Part shown: positions 56,735 through 64,000 of the stretch, piece after piece
Layout of the letters: each line of letters opens with the position of its first letter
Position numbering within the stretch: the first letter of the stretch is position 1
Assembly (NCBI GenBank): GCA_045646545.1
Contig: JAZRKV010000031.1
Location: 7,707 to 71,706 of the forward strand
Length of the DNA stretch: 64,000 nucleotides
Direction: 5' to 3'
Origin: Acutalibacteraceae bacterium
Lineage (GTDB): Bacteria > Bacillota > Clostridia > Oscillospirales > Acutalibacteraceae
Translations under genes and position numbers: made by a program
Notes under the pieces: generated by a model
The model's input: only the letters and a program-made list of their open reading frames with translations
The model's database searches: none
Told to the model about the DNA's origin: nothing

Positions 56735-57976
56735 ATGAAAAAAACAAAAATCGGCGTATTTGGTGCAAGTCGAGGAGTTGACATCGCCAAAAACTTCAAA
56801 CTTCTTGGTTGCGATGTTGTTGCAATATGTGACAATGACGAAAAAAGAATAGAAAATGCTAAAGAAAAGCTTGGAGAAAACATTCTCGTCTTTTCTGATT
56901 TTGATGAATTTATCGAACAAAATCTGGATGCAGTTATTCTCGCAAACTTTTTTCACGAACACGCACCTTATGCAATAAAATGTTTTAAAAAGAACATTCA
57001 TGTGTTTTGCGAATGCATAAGCAACTCCACGTTAGCAGAAGGCGTTGACTTAATTCGTTCATACGAAAAATCCGAGTCAATTTATATGCTTGCAGAAAAT
57101 TATCCGCAAATGATTTTCAACAGAGAAATGAAAAGGGTCTGCGATGGCGGCACACTAGGAAAAATCCTTTTTGCACAAGGAGAATATAATCATCCCATTT
57201 CTCAGGATTGTACGGAAATTTCAAAAAGCCTATCACCTTTTCCAAAACATTGGCGAAATTATCTTCCGCGAACATATTATCTCACACACTCTCTGGCTCC
57301 TTTAATGTGGTCAACAGGTGCAACACCTGTAAGAGTCAGCGCAACACCTGTTTACGCTCACCTTAAAGAAACTGGCTCGGCAAGGCAAGTTATGGATAAA
57401 GCGGCTATTATTACCACGCTTAACAATGATGATTCTGTTTTCTCCTTTACCGGTTGTGCCTGTTTTGGTGCTCACGACAATTCTTACAGAATTTGCGGTG
57501 TAAACGGTCAGATTGAAAATCTTCGTGGTATGGGCGACCAAGTTATGCTCCGTTATAACGATTGGTGTATCCCTGAAGGTTTGAAAGAAACAAACCTTTA
57601 CACTCCAGAATGGCACGATAAAGACGAAGAAATTATAGCACAAAGTGGTCACGGTGGCGGTGATTATATAATTGCGCGTATGTTCCTTGATTGCATAAAT
57701 AAAGGGAACGAGCCGGAAGCACCATTTGACATATATTCCGCAATAACAATGTCTGCAGTTGCAATACTTGCTCACCGCTCTGTTTTAAATAATGGTCAAC
57801 CATATCAGATTCCTGACTATAAAAATGAAAAAACTCGCCAAGAGCTTGAAAAAGATAATCAAACTCCATTTTACTATTCAGACGGAAGAGAGCCTAACAT
57901 TCCTTGTTGCTCAAATCCTGAATATAAAGTTACAGATGAGCAATTGGAAGAATATTTAAAATTAATGGCAGAATAA
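56735..57976 (+). CDS. Gfo/Idh/MocA family oxidoreductase
   Basis: N-terminal Rossmann KIGVFGASRG..; ATG 56735 follows AAAGGAGA. Confidence 0.8.
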   Translation: MKKTKIGVFGASRGVDIAKNFKLLGCDVVAICDNDEKRIENAKEKLGENILVFSDFDEFIEQNLDAVILANFFHEHAPYAIKCFKKNIHVFCECISNSTLAEGVDLIRSYEKSESIYMLAENYPQMIFNREMKRVCDGGTLGKILFAQGEYNHPISQDCTEISKSLSPFPKHWRNYLPRTYYLTHSLAPLMWSTGATPVRVSATPVYAHLKETGSARQVMDKAAIITTLNNDDSVFSFTGCACFGAHDNSYRICGVNGQIENLRGMGDQVMLRYNDWCIPEGLKETNLYTPEWHDKDEEIIAQSGHGGGDYIIARMFLDCINKGNEPEAPFDIYSAITMSAVAILAHRSVLNNGQPYQIPDYKNEKTRQELEKDNQTPFYYSDGREPNIPCCSNPEYKVTDEQLEEYLKLMAE

Positions 57977-57978
57977 GA

Positions 57979-58020
57979 AAACACCGATAGTCCGTTACAG
58001 ACTATCGGTGTTGTTTCGTT
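57979..58020. terminator. bidirectional terminator
   Basis: ACACCGATAGTC / GACTATCGGTGT 12-bp stem. Confidence 0.75.
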
Positions 58021-58043
58021 TTATAAATATCAAAAGGTAAAAA

Positions 58044-59828
58044 CTATTGTTCCATATCCAAAAGAAACATTTCTGTGCTATGTTTTGGTACGTTAAGCGT
58101 AATTTCTTGTGTTTGACAAAGCTCTCCGCTCCACAAATACTTTATTTTAGTATTTTGTGGAAATTTAATTTTTGTTTCAGTGTCATTTACGGTATGAATT
58201 GCAAAAAATCCTTGTGTACGATACACAACACATCCATCCATATTATAACAATGCACACCCTTTGCCACAAGAGAATCACGAAGTTCATCTACTGTAAAGG
58301 GCTCTGCTCTGCCTTGCGTTGAAACATACGGAACACCGAGTTTCTGGCACAATTCAGTAGCTTTTTCTCCAACTTCCGATGGTTCAAATGCCGTGAATAT
58401 AACAGCCTTATACTTGTTGATAATATCCTTTGCATCCTCAACCATACAAATATCAAAGGGTATCCCCGTATTACCCATGGCAAGACGCATTTCGTTAACC
58501 CTATGCACACCAAAATGACCTCTCGGCAAATTCCTGTATGCTTTTTCATCAACAAAAAGAACTACATCTGACATAGACGGCCCTTGATTTTTCGATTCAA
58601 CTTCTTCGTAAAGCTTCTTCAACCTTGCAAGCTCTTCCATAATATCATCGCTACGGTACCATCCGCCCCACATATCAAACCACCATATTCCTGATGATTT
58701 TGCTAGTTGGTGAGAAAATGCTTTTCGAATTGCTGATACAGAAAGTTCTGTACTTTCCGGTCCGCTCCACGCAGTTTTGTTACCATCCTTATCAATCAAA
58801 GGGTAAAACTCATCTGGATACATACCGGGACGCGAATCTTGCATTCTTTTTGTAAAATTTGTGCGTATATCACACTCAATAAACGCTAATTTATTATGAA
58901 GCTTCAAAGAATCCACGGGAATCATATCTCCCCAGTCAACACCTAATGCTCTGTTTCTGTCGTAACCACATGGTGAAGAAAAGAAATCAATATACGGTGA
59001 TGAAATAATTTCACCTAAACCTTGTAATCCCCAAAGAGTGTCGGGCACAAAAGCGTTATAGCCATAAAAAATGCCAACAATTTGCTCATTATTTATAATC
59101 TCTTTTACTGTTTTTGCAAAATATTCAATTGTTTTTGTGTGCTCGGTATTACAAAACTCGTAATACATTTTTGTCTCTTCTGTAAAAATACCATTACAAA
59201 AATCTTCTTTTGTTGGAACAGTTATATTTTCTATACTGTATTTTTCTTTTGCCCATTCCACAAATTTTTTCATTCCCATTTCAGAAAATGAACCACAAAG
59301 ATCGTGGTGAATCCACTCCTGAGTTGTACCGCCGCAAAGCTGATAACCTGCAACTCTGTTACTATATGACGCAGAGCGAATATGCAAAACAAGTTCTTTT
59401 AAAAGTTCTGCACCATCAGTTTTAAATTTGTCGGAATATAAAGATTCCCTGTTACAACCACAAGGTGTTTCAACTGTTTCGTATATATTATTTTTAATCC
59501 ACTTTCGCGGCATTGCAATATTAATTCTTGGAAAGATAAGCGCATCAGGACATTTTGATATTATGTTGTTTACAATATCATCAAAATCGGAATAATCTTC
59601 ATTTTCTCCTTCAAAAACACCTTTTAAAAAGGGACTGAATCCGTTAACGTTATTTATGGGTAAATCTGTAAATGAAACATTTACAAAAAACATTCTGTAA
59701 CCGCTTTTTATAAAGTCTTCATATTCTCCACACTCATCAAAATAAGTTGTGTAAGCAAGAGGCGCAAAAAACTGTTTATCAATTTCTATTGCAGGCTTGC
59801 CGTTTACAAATTTTATCGCAGATTTCAA
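58044..59828 (-). CDS. hypothetical glycoside-hydrolase-like protein (GH42-like TIM barrel plus amidotransferase-like domain, tentative)
   Basis: Contains GYQLCGGTTQEW and WWFDMWGGWY segments. The proposed start TTG 59828 lies 7 nt after AGGTGGTGA. The track ORF start GTG 59903 lies inside a terminator stem. Confidence 0.5.
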   Translation of the reverse strand: MKSAIKFVNGKPAIEIDKQFFAPLAYTTYFDECGEYEDFIKSGYRMFFVNVSFTDLPINNVNGFSPFLKGVFEGENEDYSDFDDIVNNIISKCPDALIFPRINIAMPRKWIKNNIYETVETPCGCNRESLYSDKFKTDGAELLKELVLHIRSASYSNRVAGYQLCGGTTQEWIHHDLCGSFSEMGMKKFVEWAKEKYSIENITVPTKEDFCNGIFTEETKMYYEFCNTEHTKTIEYFAKTVKEIINNEQIVGIFYGYNAFVPDTLWGLQGLGEIISSPYIDFFSSPCGYDRNRALGVDWGDMIPVDSLKLHNKLAFIECDIRTNFTKRMQDSRPGMYPDEFYPLIDKDGNKTAWSGPESTELSVSAIRKAFSHQLAKSSGIWWFDMWGGWYRSDDIMEELARLKKLYEEVESKNQGPSMSDVVLFVDEKAYRNLPRGHFGVHRVNEMRLAMGNTGIPFDICMVEDAKDIINKYKAVIFTAFEPSEVGEKATELCQKLGVPYVSTQGRAEPFTVDELRDSLVAKGVHCYNMDGCVVYRTQGFFAIHTVNDTETKIKFPQNTKIKYLWSGELCQTQEITLNVPKHSTEMFLLDMEQ

Positions 59829-59891
59829 TTCACCGTCACCACCTGAAGTAATTGTAACATTACATAAAAAATAATGCAATTCAGAAAAAAT

Positions 59892-59935
59892 AAAAATCCG
59901 CACGTTTTAGAAAGATTAAAACTTGCGGATTTTAA
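59892..59935. terminator. bidirectional terminator
   Basis: ATCCGCA-c-GTTTTA / TAAAAC-t-TGCGGAT stem flanked by an A-run and a T-run. Confidence 0.7.
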
Positions 59936-59940
59936 AACCT

Positions 59941-60108
59941 TTAATTTATCATTGCCCTTAAAACAGTGGCTAATTCACCTTTTTCAATAGGAATGAGTTG
60001 TAATTTTTTATATTGCTTTTCAGGTGCTTTTATAAATATCTCTTTTTCAATAAAAACACCTGCTCTCTTGCATTGTTCTTTACCTAAAAATTCATTTACA
60101 TTTTTGAT
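59941..60108 (-). other. 55-codon stop-free frame (-1 relative to the 1011-aa ORF) lacking a canonical start
   Basis: Translation is IKNVNEFLGKEQCKRAGVFIEKEIFIKAPEKQYKKLQLIPIEKGELATVLRAMIN*. It overlaps the ORF end at an A5 run (60101-60105) and ends 6 nt before the terminator. Confidence 0.3.
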
Positions 60109-63100
60109 TCACCGATCGCAGAACGAACAACTTTCCTTGAAGGTAACATTTTTATGCCAGGAACATTGTCATACCACGTGCTTAGTATGTTAGAATTTAG
60201 CTTCTGCATCTTTTTAAGTTCTCTTGATGCCGCATAAATATCTGTTGACAAGTATAATTCCGGTTTAACAATTAATCCAGCGGCTTCGTCTTTAGAAATC
60301 AATGCGTTTGTTTGTCCACCAGTCAAAAGCTTATTATAATTTGCATATAACAACGGGCAATTAGATTTCAACAAAGCCGGCACATTAGGGTAGATATACT
60401 TTTCAATAATATCCCATGCGAAATACGGTGTTATCGTTAAATCAAACGGATTAACATAGATATGATTATAAAAATCTATGTCTACAATGGCACCGTGTAT
60501 ATATCCTGATCCCCCGATGTCCTTAACTGTATTGGAAATTTGCAGTTGAATTGATTGAAATTTATCCAGGGGAGCTTTAATATACGCAATTTCTGCATCC
60601 ATATTGTCATAATACCACTGAATATCTTTGCTGTTTAATGATTTCAAACTACCACCATTTAACATTGTTAAACCGCCGGAAAGATTTTCATGAATGAAAC
60701 AATAGTAGTCATTCTTCTTTAACATATACAGCTTATTGATATCTCTGTTAAATGTAAGGGGTAGATTCTTTCCACGATAGAAATTGATATAATCATCCCT
60801 CGTGATCGTATGAATACCATCTTCGTAATCCGAAAACCAATCATACATATTGTCTATATAGAAATACTTTAGTCTCGGATGTTCTGTATAATATCCCACT
60901 TGATTATCAGCGTATATTCTGATGATACCATCATCATAAAAATCATTCTTATGATTATGACCGCTAACATATACGAAATCATTTTGACGGCATCCTTCTT
61001 TATGCCAATCAGTAAAGGGCATATGCGTAAAAACAACAATGTTTTTATCTGACAAACAAGCGCAAATTCGATCGTACAGGTTTTCAAAATTTTCGCTTTC
61101 GGACAACTCATCTTCACGAGATAAAGTTGAGAGGTATATTCCATTGTTTGCGTTAAACTCCTGGTTATACCTGGAAAAACCTATACCGCCAAATATAATC
61201 ATACGAGCAGTACGCAGTCTTTCTCTTATCTCTTCATCCGTAAGTTCATTTAGTCCCTGCTGCGGAATACAGAGGATATTACTTGTTTCATCTAAGTACA
61301 GAATTTCATTTTGAATTAGATGCATGTTATTATTCGTAAGTAAGCATCTGTATTCTTCTACAATACTATGTAAAGGATGTCCTTGAAATCCCCACAGCTC
61401 GTGGTTGCCCAATATAAATACGACTTTAGCATACAATCGAAGTTCATCAATTGTCTTTCGTAATAAATTGACAAACAACTCATATACCCAAAATTCTGAT
61501 GCGATGTCACCACCGATTAGAATGAGACTTCCAAACGGCTTATCTTCAAGTAGCGTGTCAATAATGCGTTGAACAACATATACACAATCATCTTGGGTTA
61601 CGCAGTGTGCGTGATGTATTCTGTGCATTAAATGCAAATCGGTAATGTAATAAATCTTCTTCTCGTCAGCAGAGTTTTCGAACGTCGAAAGCTCTGCACG
61701 ATCTGTTTTGAGAATAAGGGATGTTTCAGTTTCATTACTGCTTACTGTGGCAAATTCTTTAGTTTCATCTTTCAGGCGTTCAGATTTATCACAACGCAAG
61801 CCAAGCCTTTTAGCAAGGATACTTTGTATTCGTGCATTTTCTAAATTGAAATCTGAAAAATCGGTTATGTTTTGCAATCCATCGCAGAACAGCAAATCTG
61901 CATCAGATAAGTCATTGTTTAAGAATGCTACAAAGTCAAAGAAGTAATTAAAAGCTATCTTTTTCTCAAAGACTTCAACCTTTTTTGCGGTGTACCATTT
62001 TACAATTACTTCAAACCGTGATTTGATTCTGTTATATCTTTTTGAGACAACTTTCTTTAAGTTGGATAAAGCATTTATTGGCAACTTGGTTGCGCTGCTC
62101 GTCTTGAATAAAGAAAAATCCTCACGTAATATACTTGCTTTTGAAAGGTCGCAATCTGATAGATCATTTCCTAAAAATTCGGTAAATTCTGCGAATGTTT
62201 CAAAATACTTATATAATTCTGCGACTGGACGCTTGTTAAAATCAGTTCCTAAGTAAATACTGGTTTTAACGCAGTAATAATGAGTATGTTTGTCAAAGTA
62301 TTTTGCTGTTTTACTTGTAACCTCTGTGTTTGCAATTTCCTCAACTGCACGCTTGAACTGGGAATTGTGCTTTTTATTAGTCGAAGCAACACCACCGGTA
62401 TATTTATACGCTTTTAGCACTCTTTCGGCACCAAATAAGAAACATAGTGCTTTTTCAAATCTGTATGCTGGGTATTGCCCCGTGCACACAAATTGCATAA
62501 TAACATCGAAGGCTTTTTCACCGTGATGATTGATGTAATTCCAGATATAGAATTCTTCATCAGTACAATCTTTAGAGTCTTCATGCTTTCTGTTTACAGA
62601 AAGCAATTCCTTATATGTAGAGCAAGCGTTATACTTCTTGATCCATTTTTTGCGTAACGGCATCTGACTTTCAATTTCATTAAATTCTTCTTTTTCGTCA
62701 GCAGAAGCATCGGGCAAAAGATCATCGACAGTACAACTCAAATTAGAGTGCATATTAAGTCTATCTATATCAAGTTTAAATTGATTAATAATGTCAGTTG
62801 CGAAAGTATATTGAAAGTAGCAGGAATTTTCGTAGATATCGCCTTGCAAAAACTCAAAGTATGCTTGAAAATCTGTAAAAGTATTTACAATCTTCTTTTC
62901 GGACAACTCTTGCGCATAATTGCTTACAACTATAATCTCCTCAACAAAAAACAATTTTGTAATGATATCATATCCGCACTTAGTTGTTTTTCGCAAGCCG
63001 AGCTTTCGAGTGATTGCTATAATCTCATATTCATTATGATATTCTTCAGGGATTTCACTATAGCTCTTAATCTCTTTCTTCTTCAAATTCTTTATATAAT

Positions 63101-63131
63101 CTTCAAGAACGCAGGCTATCTCTTTGCTCAA
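60096..63131 (-). CDS. large multidomain protein: three N-terminal repeat modules, a calcineurin-like metallophosphoesterase core and an unknown C-terminal domain
   Basis: TTG start 5 nt after GAGGTGG. Phosphoesterase motifs appear in order: YITDLH, GGDI, LGNHE, FTHMP, SGHNH. N-terminal repeats read F..F.EFL..DLSD.DL. Confidence 0.8.
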   Translation of the reverse strand: MSKEIACVLEDYIKNLKKKEIKSYSEIPEEYHNEYEIIAITRKLGLRKTTKCGYDIITKLFFVEEIIVVSNYAQELSEKKIVNTFTDFQAYFEFLQGDIYENSCYFQYTFATDIINQFKLDIDRLNMHSNLSCTVDDLLPDASADEKEEFNEIESQMPLRKKWIKKYNACSTYKELLSVNRKHEDSKDCTDEEFYIWNYINHHGEKAFDVIMQFVCTGQYPAYRFEKALCFLFGAERVLKAYKYTGGVASTNKKHNSQFKRAVEEIANTEVTSKTAKYFDKHTHYYCVKTSIYLGTDFNKRPVAELYKYFETFAEFTEFLGNDLSDCDLSKASILREDFSLFKTSSATKLPINALSNLKKVVSKRYNRIKSRFEVIVKWYTAKKVEVFEKKIAFNYFFDFVAFLNNDLSDADLLFCDGLQNITDFSDFNLENARIQSILAKRLGLRCDKSERLKDETKEFATVSSNETETSLILKTDRAELSTFENSADEKKIYYITDLHLMHRIHHAHCVTQDDCVYVVQRIIDTLLEDKPFGSLILIGGDIASEFWVYELFVNLLRKTIDELRLYAKVVFILGNHELWGFQGHPLHSIVEEYRCLLTNNNMHLIQNEILYLDETSNILCIPQQGLNELTDEEIRERLRTARMIIFGGIGFSRYNQEFNANNGIYLSTLSREDELSESENFENLYDRICACLSDKNIVVFTHMPFTDWHKEGCRQNDFVYVSGHNHKNDFYDDGIIRIYADNQVGYYTEHPRLKYFYIDNMYDWFSDYEDGIHTITRDDYINFYRGKNLPLTFNRDINKLYMLKKNDYYCFIHENLSGGLTMLNGGSLKSLNSKDIQWYYDNMDAEIAYIKAPLDKFQSIQLQISNTVKDIGGSGYIHGAIVDIDFYNHIYVNPFDLTITPYFAWDIIEKYIYPNVPALLKSNCPLLYANYNKLLTGGQTNALISKDEAAGLIVKPELYLSTDIYAASRELKKMQKLNSNILSTWYDNVPGIKMLPSRKVVRSAIGESKM

Positions 63132-63335
63132 TTATTCCACCTCGGCTTTCGTAGGGATAGTAGTCCAAATCATTTTCTTACACTATAGCAGAAAATCATG
63201 ACTTTTTCTACACTTTTCTGAAACATTATAACGGCAGGACGAAAAATCATCCTACCGCTTAGTTCTTATGACACAAGCTGTTTGTTGGCTGAATATCAGA
63301 CATTTTTAAAACTATCACATATAATAGTGAATAAG

Positions 63336-63374
63336 TAAAAAAATTCCGTCCACTATCGTGAACGGATTTTTTTG
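63336..63374. terminator. bidirectional terminator hairpin
   Basis: TCCGT-c-CAC..GTG-a-ACGGA stem flanked by A7 and T7. Confidence 0.6.
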
Positions 63375-63411
63375 TATCTATGTAACGAAAATCAAACTAT
63401 AAAATAATTAT

Positions 63412-63587
63412 CAAATCCGAAGGATTTGTATATCATCAATTTTGCAGAAATTGCATATCATCAAAACGAAGTTTTGTATATCATCAAGCCGACAGAAATA
63501 CACACCTGAAGGTGTGATGAGATACAAAGGCGGCTCACCGCCTTTGATGATATACACCTACGGTGATGATATACCAATCCTGTCGGC
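63412..63587. repeat. mosaic of six short hairpins interleaved with three direct and three inverted copies of GTATATCATC
   Basis: Direct copies at 63428, about 63454 and 63476. Inverted GATGA(T/G)ATAC copies at 63516, 63546 and 63565. GCCGACAG (63488) pairs with CTGTCGGC (63580). Confidence 0.6.
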
Positions 63588-63593
63588 TTGGAT

Positions 63594-63627
63594 AAAAAAA
63601 TAGCGAAGCAAATGTTTCGCTATTTTT
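63594..63627. terminator. bidirectional terminator after tRNA-Asn
   Basis: TAGCGAA / TTCGCTA stem flanked by A7 and T6. Confidence 0.65.
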
Positions 63628-63703
63628 TGGCGCCTCCTGATGGACTCGAACCAACGACACCCTGGTTAACAGCCAGGTGCTCTACCGACTGAGCTAAGAA
63701 GGC
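63628..63703 (-). tRNA. tRNA-Asn (GTT)
   Basis: The reverse complement GCCTTCTTAGCTCAGTCGGTAGAGCACCTGGCTGTTAACCAGG..GGAGGCGCCA folds as a cloverleaf with anticodon loop CTGTTAA and an encoded CCA. Confidence 0.9.
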
Positions 63704-63733
63704 ATATGACCGGATGAAACATCCGGTGTTTGT

Positions 63734-63849
63734 GTCGGCATCGCCCTATTTTCCCAAGCGGCTTCCCACTAAGTATCTTCGGCGTAGTTGAGCTTAACTA
63801 CCGTGTTCGGGATGGGAACGGGTGGACCCTCAACGCCATCAACACCGAC
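63734..63849 (-). rRNA. rrf: 5S ribosomal RNA
   Basis: The reverse complement GTCGGTGTTGATGGCG..CCACCCGTTCCCATCCCGAACACGGTAGTTAAGC..GGGCGATGCCGAC matches the conserved 5S core. The ends are approximate. Confidence 0.85.
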
Positions 63850-63884
63850 TATATATAAACAGACATGCTGCTTATAATTTTTTT

Positions 63885-63960
63885 TGGTGACCCGTACGAG
63901 ATTCGAACTCGTGTTGCCGGCGTGAGAGGCCGGAGTCTTAGGCCACTTGACCAACGGGCC
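63885..63960 (-). tRNA. tRNA-Glu (CTC)
   Basis: The reverse complement GGCCCGTTGGTCAAGTGGCCTAAGACTCCGGCCTCTCACGCCGG..ACGGGTCACCA has anticodon loop CTCTCAC. Confidence 0.9.
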
Positions 63961-63984
63961 ACATGTACGGAATCAAACAGGATA

Positions 63985-64000
63985 TGGTGCACCTTCAGGG
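63985..64000 (-). tRNA. 3' end of another tRNA, truncated by the window edge
   Basis: TGGTGCACCTTCAGGG is the reverse complement of a ..CCCTGAAGGTGCACCA acceptor/CCA end. Identity cannot be determined. Confidence 0.4.

Noticed and set aside
59829-59903. N-terminal 25 codons of the track ORF 58044..59903 (GTG 59903)
   Set aside because: The GTG lies inside the stem of the 59892-59935 terminator hairpin. TTG 59828, with an AGGTGGTGA RBS, is a better start.
63769-63954. 61-aa minus-strand ORF
   Set aside because: It overlaps the 5S rRNA and tRNA-Glu genes and is an artefact of the six-frame translation.

Overview
The window is chromosomal DNA from a low-GC Gram-positive bacterium. It looks Clostridia-like, inferred from gene content, AGGAGG-type ribosome-binding sites and AT-rich spacers. 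Housekeeping genes (rimO 3' end, pgsA, cysS, potABCD, deoC, ddl, argS, trxB, nrdD, nrdG, malic enzyme, prfB, rsmG, a parB/noc-like gene) alternate with many carbohydrate-active enzyme genes: GH38, GH31, GH3, a GH36-like gene, a GH42-like gene and a BNR/sialidase-like gene. RNA features are a cobalamin riboswitch (about 42670-42880) ahead of a DUF4430 lipoprotein and an ECF-S-like membrane protein, plus a tRNA-Asn / 5S rRNA / tRNA-Glu cluster at the right edge. I found no CRISPR array, transposase, integrase or prophage. Five things deserve a second look. (1) An AT-rich single-gene unit next to the tRNA cluster (60096-63131) encodes a 1011-aa protein with three N-terminal repeat modules, a complete metallophosphoesterase core and an unknown C-terminal domain. 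It is bracketed by terminators and followed by a 55-codon stop-free tail in the -1 frame. (2) A previously unrecognised roughly 100-110 bp element is present as a 4-unit tandem array (43915-44333) and a solo copy (25092-25196). In both places its inverted-repeat end supplies the stop codon of a minus-strand gene. (3) Hairpin-plus-motif mosaics fill the spacers at 18240-18507 and 63412-63587. (4) A long structured leader or RNA lies upstream of potABCD. (5) Two operons have unusual composition: an orphan oadB with an E2-fold acyltransferase, and nrdG followed by nrdD fused to a glutaredoxin-like domain and then trxB. All function calls come from motif recognition by eye. No searches or folding programs were run.
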